A program made the position numbers and the translations under genes. Shown here one piece after another: positions 41,956-53,826 of a stretch of 64,000 nt of DNA (within the stretch, counting starts at the first letter, position 1; each line of letters opens with the position of its first letter). The DNA is from Eledone cirrhosa (taxonomy: Eukaryota): assembly GCA_964016885.1 (NCBI GenBank), contig OZ024757.1:28396001-28460000 (forward strand), given 5' to 3'. Under the pieces are notes generated by a model. The model did no database searches. It was not told the origin of the DNA and was given only the letters and a program-made list of their open reading frames with translations.

Positions 41956-42458
41956 GTAATAATAATAAATTTGAAGACTAGAATCCATAGAAGGCTCGAT
42001 AAGGATAAATATATATCAAATATATAAGAACCGTAGAGCAAATATATATTTTCATCTTTTACTCTACTTTGATAAAGAATTAAACCTGAAACACTAGTTC
42101 TTTTCTTTTCATTTCATTCAGAGTAATTATTGTCATTGTAAACATTCTTTACACATCGTGTTCGTTATTTTGTCCACTAAGTATCTTTTAGCATCTTTTG
42201 TTTGCCTTGTTTAATCTCACTGTATTCAATTATCCATCTTCTCTTTTACTTTTTCATGATCGTGTCTTTTTTTAGACACACAAACACACATGTATATATT
42301 TATGCATGTATTATGATCAAGACAAAGCGAGAGTGTATTTGAATACATAGAAGAAAAAAACCTCATCACTAGAACAGCTAGATCCTGTCGAAACGGCCAG
42401 AGCTCAGCCATCGGGGTCCTGACTCTTTTCCTATATATATATATATATATATATAAAT

Positions 42459-43563
42459 ATCATCATCATCATCTTCGTTTAACGTCCATTTTCCACGCTA
42501 ACATGGGTTAGACGGGAGTTGTCCCACTTGAGGCAAGGTTGGTCGAGTGACCGTGTCTCGCTCATATAGGACTATCTGGCAGGTTTTCTATGGCTGGATG
42601 CCCTTCCTAACACCAACCACATTTACAGTGTGGAACTGGGAACTTTTTACCGTGTTACCTACACGGCCACTTTACAGCGTGGACTGTATTTTTTTTGTTG
42701 TGACACCTACACGATCTCATTATATCCTGCTGTTGGTGGGAGTGGGAGGATAGGGTAGGGGTAGTGGATTGGGGTGTATATTTGGTTAAGAGGTGCCTAC
42801 TGACTGTAGGTTTCGCTTTGTACATAGGCAAGGCGGGTCTTCTGGGACAAATACTGTGTAGCGCCAAAGATCTCGGTCCAGAGACATTGTCTTAGAGAGA
42901 TATAAGTGTGTAAGGTCGGAATTTATTAGATCATCCCAGGTTTTTCTGGGTCTACCTACTCCGTAACTACCATCAATTTTGATCGCCCTGCACTTTTTTA
43001 TGTCGTCTTTCATGCGCATCATGTGACCATACCAACGTAGTCTTCTCTCAAGTAAACAGCATCTGATCCCTCTTATTCCTAATTTCTCACTTAGTTCATT
43101 TATGCTTTGCCGTTCACATATATTACTATTACACATCCAACGGAGCATGCAAGCTTCAATCCTCTCCAGTCTGCGTAGATCCTCTGCACCCAAGGCCCAT
43201 GTCTCACTGCCATGTAGCATTGCTGTTCGTATACAGGCATCATACAATCTGCCTTTCATTTTTAGAGAGAAACCGTTTGTGGCCAACAGCGGTATAAGCT
43301 CTCTGAACTTTTTCCATCCCGTTCTGACTCTGGCTACTGTACTTTCAGAACACCCTCCACCACTGCTGATTTCGTCACCCAGGTAACGGAAAGTGTCTAC
43401 TATTTCTATAGAACCATCTGGGCAATAGAAGGAGTTAGTATCCTTTGGACACTTGCTACTTATTGCACCTGAGCATTGGCCACATATAAAGTCTACGTTC
43501 TTAGATAGTTTACCTGTGATCCCACTACATCTTTTATGTACCCATACTTTGCATTTGGGACAT

Positions 43564-43566
<3 letters not shown>
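42459..43566 (-). mobile_element. 5'-truncated RTE LINE, second subfamily
   Basis: Minus-strand translation LCPKCKVWVHKRCSG...FRYLGDEISSGGGCSES...GRLYDACIRTAMLHGSETW...RRLRWYGH...GRPRKTW. The 3' UTR ends in a (GAT)n tail at ~42459. Confidence 0.93.
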
Positions 43567-43609
<43 letters not shown>

Positions 43610-43704
43610 CATCATCATCATTTTATATATATATATTCTTTTTTTTTAAATAAAAATATGGCTTACTGATCACACATGCTTTTGATTTCTTCTTTTATTT
43701 TTGA

Positions 43705-43838
43705 TTCTATCTTCTGATGAAGGACTAGCAGCCGAAAAGTTAAGACTCTTTTTCTTCTATATCAAGTGTTAAACTAATATATATCCTCATCATACTGTAC
43801 AGTTTGCTTTGTTGTTTTCCATTTACTTTTTGCATACA
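43705..43838 (+). mobile_element. Penelope-like terminal repeat fragment with degenerate minimal hammerhead (43710-43745)
   Basis: TCTT-CTGATGA-A GGA ctagca GCC-GAAA-(A)GTT-AAGA. Together with the 21894 copy it gives the consensus GAAACGTTAAGA (palindromic ACGT stem III). Confidence 0.6.
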
Positions 43839-44199
43839 TATACACACAAACACACACTGACATATATATATATTTGTGTGTGCATATATATATTTATGTG
43901 TGTGCATATATATATATCTTTATTAGTACTGTTCGATATGATCATTTAAGTGTTACGTAATATGTGACTAACATATGTGTCCTAACATATTTTCAGTGGG
44001 ACAAATGATATGAAGGACCTCATGCTTTCAATAATCAACACATCATGCATTGAGCACTTTTTGAGCCTACCAATACTGCTTATATATATATATATACCCG
44101 TCTAACCCATGCTAGCGTGGAAGATAGACATTAAACGATGATGATGATGATGATGATGATATATATATTATATATATAACAAAGAAAGTGTGGTAAGAA

Positions 44200-44310
44200 A
44201 CCAGGTGGACCATAACCCACCAGAGTACTCGATACTTAGGGTAGTAGAGTGGGTAGTAGATCTAGCTGTCAAAATGGCCAGAGCTCAGCCATTGGGGTCC
44301 TGACTCTTTT

Positions 44311-44312
<2 letters not shown>
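44200..44312. repeat. Dispersed ~110-bp repeat (probable Penelope-like terminal repeat, inverted tail plus hammerhead-like 3' half); other pieces at 19034-19120, 28775-28829, 41760-41900, 42370-42432
   Basis: Shared motif ctagctgtcGAAACggccagagctcagccRtYggggtcctgactcttttcc. The tail actctactaccctaagtatcgagtactc is in sense orientation at 19075 but inverted at 41770 and 44220. Confidence 0.5.
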
Positions 44313-44348
<36 letters not shown>

Positions 44349-44356
44349 CATAGACC

Positions 44357-44392
<36 letters not shown>

Positions 44393-44879
44393 CGCTCACA
44401 CACACACAAGCAGGGAAAAGCGGACGTAAAATGATGATGATGATGATAATATATGTGTATGTATGTACATATGTGTATATATCTATAGATATATGTATAT
44501 ATGCACTCACACACAAATACATACATATATATATATATATGTGTTTGTGTATATATGTGTATATATATACATATGTGTGTGTGTAATTGATTTCCAATAA
44601 AAGCAGATTTCATTGTGAACTTCTGTGGAAGTAAATGAATGAAATAATATAATATATAAAATAATATAATACATAATAAATAATATAATATAGTTAGTTT
44701 GTATGTGAGGTCTATAGGGAGGTTCTGTGCTGAATTACTGTTATCTGTGTCTGTGTTGGTTGGTATATGTGTTAGTGTAAGGAAGTGAGAGAGAGAATGT
44801 ATGTGTGTATGAGAGAGAGAGAGAGAGAATGTGTGTGTATGAGAGAGAGAGAGAGAATGTGTGTGTATGAGAGAGAGAG

Positions 44880-44925
44880 AAAATACAAGACATTGAGAGA
44901 GAGAGAGATAGAGAAAATGCAAGAC

Positions 44926-44980
<55 letters not shown>

Positions 44981-45052
44981 ATGCAAGACATTGAGAGAGA
45001 GAGAGAAAATGCAAGACATTGAGAGAGAGAGAGATAATGCAAGACATTGAGA
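44880..45052. repeat. GA-rich minisatellite
   Basis: aaatgcaagacattg(ag)n, 5 copies. Confidence 0.85.
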
Positions 45053-45304
45053 AAGAGACTGGGAGAGATTGAGAGAGTGAGAGACTGAGAGATAGAGCTA
45101 AAGATAGGGTGGAAATTGCTGCTGCTAGTGATGAAGAATAATAGTAAATTCCAGTGCCTTAGTGACCAGAGACAGAAGTCAGAGACAGAGAAGATCAGAG
45201 GTGTCTGCTGTGTTGGAAACATTGAGCAGAGCTGTGGGAATTGGACAGAACTAAAGCTACATGGTTATATAAAATGGTTAGTGCTAACAACAATAATAAT
45301 AATG

Positions 45305-45523
45305 ATGATTTCTAGTATAGGCACAAGGCCAGCAATCTTGGGGTAGGGGAAAATTGATTATATCAACCCCAATGCATTATTGGTGCTTTATTTTATCGAC
45401 CCTGTAAGGATGAAAGGCAAAGCTAACCTCAGTGGGATTTGAACTCAGAAAGTAAAGGGCAGTAACTCTATGCTGCTAAGCATAGTGTCCAACGCTCTAC
45501 CGATACTGCCAATCCTCCACCCT
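45305..45523 (-). mobile_element. SINE family 1
   Basis: Full-length match to 10273-10481. Confidence 0.85.
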
Positions 45524-45656
45524 CGATACTGCCATAATAATAGTTATAGTTTCTAATTATATTAACACCAGTACTTTACTAGTATTTTATCATATATGAT
45601 GTAATTCTGTATGTGTGTACATATGTTTATCTCTATACATACAAACATACATATTA

Positions 45657-46031
45657 CGAGGGCAATCCTAAAAGTAAGGTCTCCTTCCGATATTGCAACT
45701 TTTCCGTTAAAACCCCGTGGATGGTGCTTCGGGAAACCTCAGGAACCAAAATGCAGAGAGCATCCCGAGTGATCCGCCGATCTTTATGCATGTTTTCCTC
45801 GGAAGGAGACCTTACTTTTGGGATTGCCCTCGTATATAATAACTGCACGAAATTCGCACTTGGTTCCATTCTCAACGGCTGCCAAGCCAAGATTTAGCAT
45901 CCCAGCGAAGCGAGTGCATGCTTGTTTGGGAGTGAAGGAAGCACCAATCACAACAGTGTTGCCAACAGCCGTACAAACAGTTTCTCTATGTCCCCATCGC
46001 TTTGGAGACCTTACTTTTGGGATTACCCTCG
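45657..46031 (-). mobile_element. Rearranged mariner remnant with three TIRs
   Basis: TIR CGAGGGYAATCCYAAAAGTAAGGTCTCC at 45657 (forward) and ending 45832 and 46031 (reverse), each flanked by TA. Transposase pieces TKCEFRAVI and DRRITRDAL...VSRSTIHGVLTEKLQYRK. Confidence 0.88.
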
Positions 46032-46057
46032 TACATACATATGAACCACCACCAACA

Positions 46058-46236
46058 TGACATACTACACACATATGACATACTACACATATATGACATA
46101 CTACACACATATGACATACTACACACATATGACATGCTACACGCATATGACATACTACACACACATGACATACTACACACATGACATACTACACACATAT
46201 GACATACTACACACATATGACATACTACACACATAT
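46058..46236. repeat. 18-bp minisatellite
   Basis: tgacatactacacacata, about 10 copies. Confidence 0.9.
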
Positions 46237-46385
46237 GCACTACCACCACCACTAGCATTCTTTTTCTGATTCTTCTCTTCTTTCCTTCTCTACTTCATTC
46301 ATTCTTTTCTTCTTTTTTCCTTATTTATTTTTATTTATTCATCCATACATTTATCTTTTATTTTTAACTTTTTTCTTTCACTTTT

Positions 46386-46420
<35 letters not shown>

Positions 46421-47726
46421 TTCTCTCATTCTCTTTCTCTCTTCCCCCTCTTTCTTCTCTCTCTCTCTTGCTGACTGTCTCTGTCTCTCTATTCTTTTCC
46501 TGTCTTGGTTTTTCTCTCCCTCCCTATTCTTTCTTTCATTGTCTCCCTTTTCTTTCACCCTTTTCATCTTCTCACCTCCACCCCCTCTCTTTCTATAGTT
46601 AAACTGTTATGTATTCTCTCTCTCTAATTCTCCAGAGAAAGCTGAGTGCAGTTTGTGTAGCCAGGAATAATAAATAGAAACTAGTCTTTGGTCTTTGTCG
46701 GTACTCAAGTCTTTTGTCATGGATTCTCTCCTGCCATTTTCCTGTGTGTTTGTCTTGATGAATTAGTTGTTAATTGGCTCTCAAAGTCTCTGTGGGGTCC
46801 ACAATTCTGCCATCTCACCATTCTGCCATTGTGCAATTCCCCCATTCTCAGCATCCGATCAGCTCACCACCCGACCATTCCACCAACTCACAATTCTGGT
46901 ATCTCACAATTCCACCATTCTCAGCATCCCAGCATATCACCATCCTACCATTCCACCATCTCATGATTCCACCATTCCACCATCTCACAATTCTGGTATC
47001 CCACCATTCCACCATTCTCACCATCCTTCCATTCCACCAACAGGTTTCAACATTTGATGGTTCCTTGCATCAGATGGTGGGATAGCTTTTTTTCCCTTTT
47101 CTTTTAACATTTGCAAACTCTTCAGCTTCACAACAAAACTATACATACATACACACACACACATACATATATGCATGCATACACACACACATACATACAC
47201 ACAGACACATACATGTACACACACACACACACACATACATAATGGCTGCAACTAGATTTCGAGTAATGCCATGGCTTGATACTTAAGCATGAGCATCACA
47301 GACGTAGCTTTTTAGTCTTGCTAGGGACTAGCATTGCAAAAAGATATCACGTATCAAGCGATGCTCCTGCTTGAAGCTTTTTTGAAGGGAGGAAAGGCTT
47401 GGCATGGGGCCAATCCCACTCTAAGAATATCAAATGCATTTACCCAAAAAGAAGAACTGGTCTACATTATCGGATGCAAACGAAGTCACAGGTTTTACAG
47501 AGTGCCCTTCTCCTAGAGAAGAGTCTCTCACTCCACAAATATATATATAAGCATGGTAAAATAGACATAAAAGCAATGGTGGTGATGAAGATGATGATGA
47601 TGACATATATATATATATATATATTATGCCCGAAACGTCCCCCCCCCCACACACACACTCTCAAAAGTGTGAACCTAATAAACTCTTATTTGTACTGCCT
47701 CTCTGTTTTTGTTCCCGTCTAAGTTT

Positions 47727-47808
<82 letters not shown>

Positions 47809-47984
47809 ACATACTCTCCATCTGTCCCTATCTATCTCTTTATATATATTTACGTGTGTGTGTGTGTGTGTGTAATGAAATGAATAGTAGAATTGAAATG
47901 GTAAAATTAGAACAGAATAGACATGTGACAACACTAATTCTATATACTGTTAGAGGCCGGTTGTTGTATACACACACAGACACG

Positions 47985-48020
<36 letters not shown>

Positions 48021-48097
48021 TACACACATATATATGCACACACATACACACATCTATACATTTACAGATACATACACATACACATATGTATATGCAT

Positions 48098-48146
<49 letters not shown>

Positions 48147-48582
48147 TACACATACATACACAATTTCAATAGAAAATCCTTTAATCCAATAATAGTCAGC
48201 AATGAAGTCTTTACACAATCCCATTCCGTATCTAAACTTCTCCACCACCACCATCACCACCATCATTGCCACCACCATCATGACCATCATGACCACCACC
48301 ACCACCATCATGACCACCACCACCACCATCATGACCATCACCACCAATATCCCGATGGACATTGCCATCATGATGACGAAAACCACAAAAAGCACCACCA
48401 TCATGACCAATAACAATACCACTGCCACCACCACCACCATCACTGCCATAATGACCAACACCACTGCTGCCGCCATCACCATGATCACGTCCACCACCAC
48501 CACAACCAATACCACCAATACCATAAATGATATCGCCGCCACCACCATCATCATGACTAATACCATGATTGACATTGCCACC

Positions 48583-48614
<32 letters not shown>

Positions 48615-48991
48615 CACCACTGCCATCATGGTGATGGAAGCCACCAAAACTGCCAACATCATGACCAACACCACATCCAAAACAATCAATACTATCACAA
48701 AAGGAAGGGAGGACTAATGATGATAACGATGATTGTGATGACGAACTGAAAATGAAAACCAATATAGCTTGAGTGTGGAGAGTTAACTTTATTATGAACT
48801 ACCATCCCGTCCAGGGGAAATGTCATATGAAACTGGGATAATCTCTAGCCAGATGAACCTCTAGGTTTCTGAAAGTCTAAAGAAGTCAGTATGTATATAT
48901 ACTCCCTTAACTATTAATGGTGTTGTAGGGATACCACTGTGACTTATAGTATTTCTATAGTATTAACCCTTTAGCATTTACATTACTCTCT

Positions 48992-50824
48992 AACCAGGTA
49001 ATACTAGAGGGGGCCATACCAAAAGATTGGTGCAGTAGCATCATTGTCAACTGCTACAAAGGTAAAGGCGATGCACTAGATAGAGGAAACTATAGAGGTA
49101 TAAAGTTGATGGACCAGGTCATGAAAGTAACAGAAAGAGTTATAGCACAGCTGATTAGGGACCGGGTGAATATAGACGAGATGCAATTTGGGTTTGTTCC
49201 AGGGAAAGGCACCACTGATGCGCTCTTCCTTGTGAGGCAATTACAGGAAAAGTACCTAGCTAAAAGTAAGCCACTCTACTTGGCATTTGTCGACCTTGAG
49301 AAAGCCTTTGACAGAGTTCCACGTGCAGTAATCTGGTGGGCTCTTAGAAAACTAGGAGTAGATGAATGGCTTGTGAAAGCGGTACAAGCCATGTATAGGG
49401 GAGCAGTCAGCAAAGTTAGGATTGGCAATGAGTATAGCGAGGAATTTAGCGTACAGGTTGGGGTCCACCAGGGCTCTGTTCTTAGCCCTCTCCTGTTCAT
49501 CATAGTCCTGCAGGCAATAACGGAGGAGTTTAAGACCGGATGCCCATGGGAACTCCTGTATGCTGATGACCTCGCACTCATAGCTGAATCTATGGTAGAA
49601 CTAGAGAATAAATTCCAAACCTGGAAGCAGGGACTAGAGAGAAAGGGCCTCAAAGTCAACATGACAAAGACTAAGGTCCTTATAAGTAGACGAGAAAACA
49701 GAACCCAGATCCCCTCAGGGAAATGGCCTTGCTCAGTATGTAGGAAAGGTGTAGGTAGGAACTCCATTCTTTGCCCCAAATGCAAACAATGGGTACACAA
49801 GAGATGTAGCGGGATCTCAGGAAGCTTAATTAAGAATGTAGGATTCACATGCAGCAGCTGTGCTGAAACAGCAAGCAAACAGCCACAGGAAACAAGTACC
49901 ACCAATCTCTGGGAGGGCCCTGTAGAAACAGTAGACAGCTTCTGCTACCTAGGTGACCGAATTAGCAACGGAGGTGGGTGTTCAGAAAGTACAATAACTA
50001 GGGTAAGAACGGGATGGAAGAAGTTTAGGGAACTACTACCACTGCTAGCTGCAAAAGGCTTCTCCCTCAGAATGAAAGGCAGACTGTATGATGCGTGTAT
50101 CCGAACAGCGATGTTGCATGGTAGTGAGACCTGGGCGCTGAAGGTGGAAGACTTACGTAGATTAGAGAGAAACGAAGCCTGCATGCTCCGATGGATGTGT
50201 AACAGTAATATACGTGAACGACAAAGCATAAATGAATTGAGAGAGAGACTGAGCATAAGAGGAATCAAATGCTGCGTGCAGGAGAGGCGGTTACGCTGGT
50301 ATGGACATGTGATGCGTATGAAGGATGACAGCTGCATAAAAAGGTGCAGAGCACTAGAAGTTGATGGAAACCGCGGAGTGGGGAGACCCAAGATGACTTG
50401 GGATGAGGTGATAAAAGCCGACCTTACCCAACTACACCTCTCAAAGTCAATGACACACGACCGTGACTTCTGGCGTCACGCAGTAATACAGGGTACCCGA
50501 CCTCCCATGGGTACATGCTGAAGCATATAAACAATATGCCCCCCCCCCCCCACCGCAAGGTGGTCGTGGAGGTGCCACGGCAAAAAAGCACCCAGCCCAC
50601 ACTGTAAAGTGGACGTGTAGGCGCCACGAAAAAGCACCCAGCACTCACTGTAAATGAGGTTGGTGTTAGGAAGGGCATCCAGCTGTAGAAATCAAGCCAG
50701 ATCAGTTCCTGTATGAGCAAGGCATGGTCAGCCGACCAGACACTGCCCACAACAGGACAACCCGTCTAACCCATGCTAGCGTGGAAGAACGGACGTAAAA
50801 CGGTGATGATGATGATGATGATGA
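48992..50824 (+). mobile_element. 5'-truncated RTE-clade LINE, ORF open from 48992 to stop at 50521, 3' UTR with (GAT)n tail
   Basis: RT motifs KGKGDALDRGNYRGIKL, QFGFVPGKGTTDA, FVDLEKAFDRV, GVHQGSVLSPLLF, LLYADDL, FCYLG. RTE-type C-terminus ERRLRWYGHV...GRPKMTW. No stops or frameshifts; endonuclease absent because of truncation. Confidence 0.95.
49106..50521 (+). CDS. Reverse transcriptase (partial ORF2) of RTE LINE with embedded C4HC3 PHD-like finger
   Basis: 471-aa ORF with YADD at ~49559-49570 and CSVC-x10-CPKC-x4-H-x2-C-x14-CSSC at 49730-49861. Confidence 0.9.
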   Translation: MMDQVMKVTERVIAQLIRDRVNIDEMQFGFVPGKGTTDALFLVRQLQEKYLAKSKPLYLAFVDLEKAFDRVPRAVIWWALRKLGVDEWLVKAVQAMYRGAVSKVRIGNEYSEEFSVQVGVHQGSVLSPLLFIIVLQAITEEFKTGCPWELLYADDLALIAESMVELENKFQTWKQGLERKGLKVNMTKTKVLISRRENRTQIPSGKWPCSVCRKGVGRNSILCPKCKQWVHKRCSGISGSLIKNVGFTCSSCAETASKQPQETSTTNLWEGPVETVDSFCYLGDRISNGGGCSESTITRVRTGWKKFRELLPLLAAKGFSLRMKGRLYDACIRTAMLHGSETWALKVEDLRRLERNEACMLRWMCNSNIRERQSINELRERLSIRGIKCCVQERRLRWYGHVMRMKDDSCIKRCRALEVDGNRGVGRPKMTWDEVIKADLTQLHLSKSMTHDRDFWRHAVIQGTRPPMGTC

Positions 50825-50842
50825 CTATTATCTTATACGATT

Positions 50843-51030
50843 ATGGGTATTGGCAGTATCGGTAGAGGGTTGGACGCCATACTTTCTAGCACCGTTACGT
50901 CCCTTTACAGTCTGAGTTCAAATCCCGCCGAGGTTAACTTTGCCTTTCATCCTTACGGGGTCAATAAAATAAAGTACCAGTAATGTACTGGGTAATTGCT
51001 GGCCTTGTGCCTAAAGTAGAAACTATTATC
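50843..51030 (+). mobile_element. SINE family 1 inserted just downstream of RTE tail
   Basis: Matches family 1. Direct repeat actattatcttatac at 50824-50838 and 51022-51036 is a probable TSD. Confidence 0.85.
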
Positions 51031-51571
51031 TTATACTATTATGTAAGGCTTTATCTTACATAATTATCTCACATAATATTGAATCTATTTTGATTTTGAT
51101 ATTATTTATTTTGAGAATAATACCTTAACATAAGTAAGAACAGCCGGTTACAGCCGGTTTGAACAGAAATAGGTGAGGGAATTCTGGCTGGGTGTGGCCG
51201 GTTTAAATGCTAAAGGGTTCAGGGACATTTGAACTCAGAATGTAAAGAATTGGATCAAATATTACAACGCTCTACTAATGACTCCACCAATAATTTCTTT
51301 ATATGTTTCAAAGACAGGAGATGATGATGATGATGATGATGATGATGTTGAATGAATGTTGTTGTGTGTGTATGTATGTATTTGAGCTTGTGTTTGTGTG
51401 TAAGCATGCATGTATAAGAATGTATGTGTATGTAGGAGTGCATATGTGTGTATGTATGTGTATATATATATGTATGTATATGTGTGTGTGTGTGTGTTGT
51501 ATATTTGCATGTGTATGTATGTGTGTATGTGTATATATACATGTGTATGTGTGTGTGTGTATGTATGTGTG

Positions 51572-51602
<31 letters not shown>

Positions 51603-51780
51603 TGTACATTTGCATGTGTATGTATGTGTGTGTGTGTGTGTGTGTGTATGTGTGTATATATATATATATATATATGTATCTGTGTGTTGTGTATTTGCAT
51701 GTGTATGTATATGTATGTGCCTATATAATATATGTTTATATATACATGTGTGTATATATATGTACATTTCTATGTATAGA

Positions 51781-52500
51781 TATATATATGTGTGTGTGCA
51801 TGTGTGTATATGTATGTGTCTATATATGTTTCTATATACATGTGTGTGTATGTATCTACATATGTATGTGTGTATAGTTATATATATATGTGTGTGTGCA
51901 TGTATGTATATGTATGTGTCTATATATGTTTCTATATACATGTGTGTGTATGTATCTACATATGTATGTGTGTATAGTTATATATATATGTGTGTGTGCA
52001 TGTATGTATATGTATGTGTCTATATATGTTTCTATATACATGTGTGTGTATGTATCTACATATGTATGTGTGTATAGTTATATATATATGTGTGTGTATA
52101 TGTATGTATATGTATGTGTCTATATATGTTTCTATATACATGTGTGTGTATGTATCTACATATGTATGTGTGTATAGTTATATATATATGTGTGTGTGCA
52201 TGTATGTATATGTATGTGTCTATATATGTTTCTATATACATGTGTGTGTATGTATCTACATATGTATGTGTGTATAGTTATATATATATGTGTGTGTGTA
52301 TGTATGTATATGTATGTGTCTATATATGTTTCTATATACATGTGTGTGTATGTATCTACATATGTATGTGTGTATAGTTATATATATATATATATGTGTG
52401 TGTGTATGTATGTATATGTATGTGTCTATATATGTTTCTATATACATGTGTGTGTATGTATCTACATATGTATGTGTGTATAGTTATATATATATGTGTG
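51781..52500. repeat. Higher-order tandem array: ~7 copies of a 100-bp unit built from TA/TG microsatellites
   Basis: The unit tatatatatgtgtgtgtgcatgtatgtata...tgtatagtta recurs with period 100 (one copy 106). The periodicity is also visible in the ORF track. Confidence 0.95.
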
Positions 52501-52768
52501 TTCTCTCTTCTCATTGCTCTGTAGCTAGTTTATTACATTTAATCCTGTGAGTTTCCCTTGTTAAAGCTGCTCATTGCATTAATAATAGGATCGCGGGGCT
52601 TTTTATATCCCAACATCCCCTTAGCCCCCCTCTCACCCACGTACACTCTCTATATCACTACACCTACCACTTCACCTTCTTTTTCTCTTACTCCTCCCTC
52701 TACTTTATGTTCTTTTCCTCCTCTATCTTCCACCTTCTCTTTCTATGTATCTATCTAACCCCCTCTTA

Positions 52769-52799
<31 letters not shown>

Positions 52800-52904
52800 T
52801 GAGATAGGAGTTCATGCACCTCACCTCCAAACTGCACACACACTCACATACACACACATGTACAAACACACACACACACCCACACACACACGCATGCACA
52901 CATA

Positions 52905-53350
52905 TCATAGTCATCGTCATTGCCACTGCTGTCATAATCATTGTCATCATCATCATCATCATCAACATCATCATTACCACTGTTGTCATCAGCATCATCA
53001 TCATCAGCATCATCACCGACATCTCTAACATCATCATCATCATCACCAACATCATCATTATTGTTATCATCACCATCATCATCATCGTCATCACCACCAT
53101 CATCATCGTCATCACCACCATCATCATCATCATCATTATCATCATCATCATCATCACCAACATCATCATTGTTATCATCACCATTGTCATCATCATCGCC
53201 ATTGTCATCATCATCATCACCATTGTCATCATCATCATCACCATCATCGTCCTTATTATCATCATTATCATCATAAACCATCGTCATCAGCATCACAACC
53301 CCATCATTCTTATAGTTATCAACATCACTGCTGCTACTGCTGCTGCTGCT
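52905..53350. repeat. (CAT)n-rich trinucleotide tract; similar tracts at 8455-9170, 27630-28060, 40010-40550, 48240-48700, 61995-62285, 63305-63540
   Basis: Direct inspection; these tracts are the source of the low-complexity ORFs. Confidence 0.9.
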
Positions 53351-53624
53351 GCTGCCTTAAAAAGATTAAACGAAAAAAAAAAAAATAAGAAGAAAGACAA
53401 GGCAGACTTGATAATGTAATTCTATATGTAATATGTCTGAGAAAAGACGGTATGGTCACAGCAGGACTACCTTTGATCCAGGATCTGACCTGGGGCTAAA
53501 CAACCACAATGAACATACAGACATTTAGAACAGAATGGACAGTGGATAAGATACAACATACCCAAACTGTAACACTGTAGCGCATACAATTAACTGAATG
53601 TATAAATTATATAAATTAAATGGT

Positions 53625-53826
53625 GCTTAAAAGGTAGTGAGGTGTAAGCATTGGATGCACAGCATAAGTAATGGCTAGAGAGAGATGAATTGAGCATGCT
53701 CTGTTGGGTGTGTAATGTTAATGTGTATGAATAATGAAACATAGATAATGAGTTAAGAGAAAGCATTTGGAAAAAGAGGAATCAGATGTAGTGTAGAGGA
53801 GAGGAGATTGCACTGGTACAGACATG
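53625..53826 (+). mobile_element. Decayed RTE LINE fragment interrupted by CR1 insertion
   Basis: Degenerate match to 50120-50310 (ggtagtgag...ctagagagagatga...atgctc...tgtgtaat...agaggaatcagatgt...gagaggagattgcactggtacagacatgt). Confidence 0.6.

Noticed and set aside
46058-46236. CRISPR-like array
   Set aside because: Contiguous 18-bp minisatellite without unique spacers, in a eukaryotic context with no cas genes.
49560-49572. CTGATGA as a hammerhead core
   Set aside because: It is the YADD codons, and no stem II/GAAA follows. CTGANGA hits at ~3896, 5912, 12468 and 58950 were also dropped for lack of stems.
49276-50391. Antisense ORFs of 209 and 148 aa
   Set aside because: Shadow frames of the RTE RT ORF.
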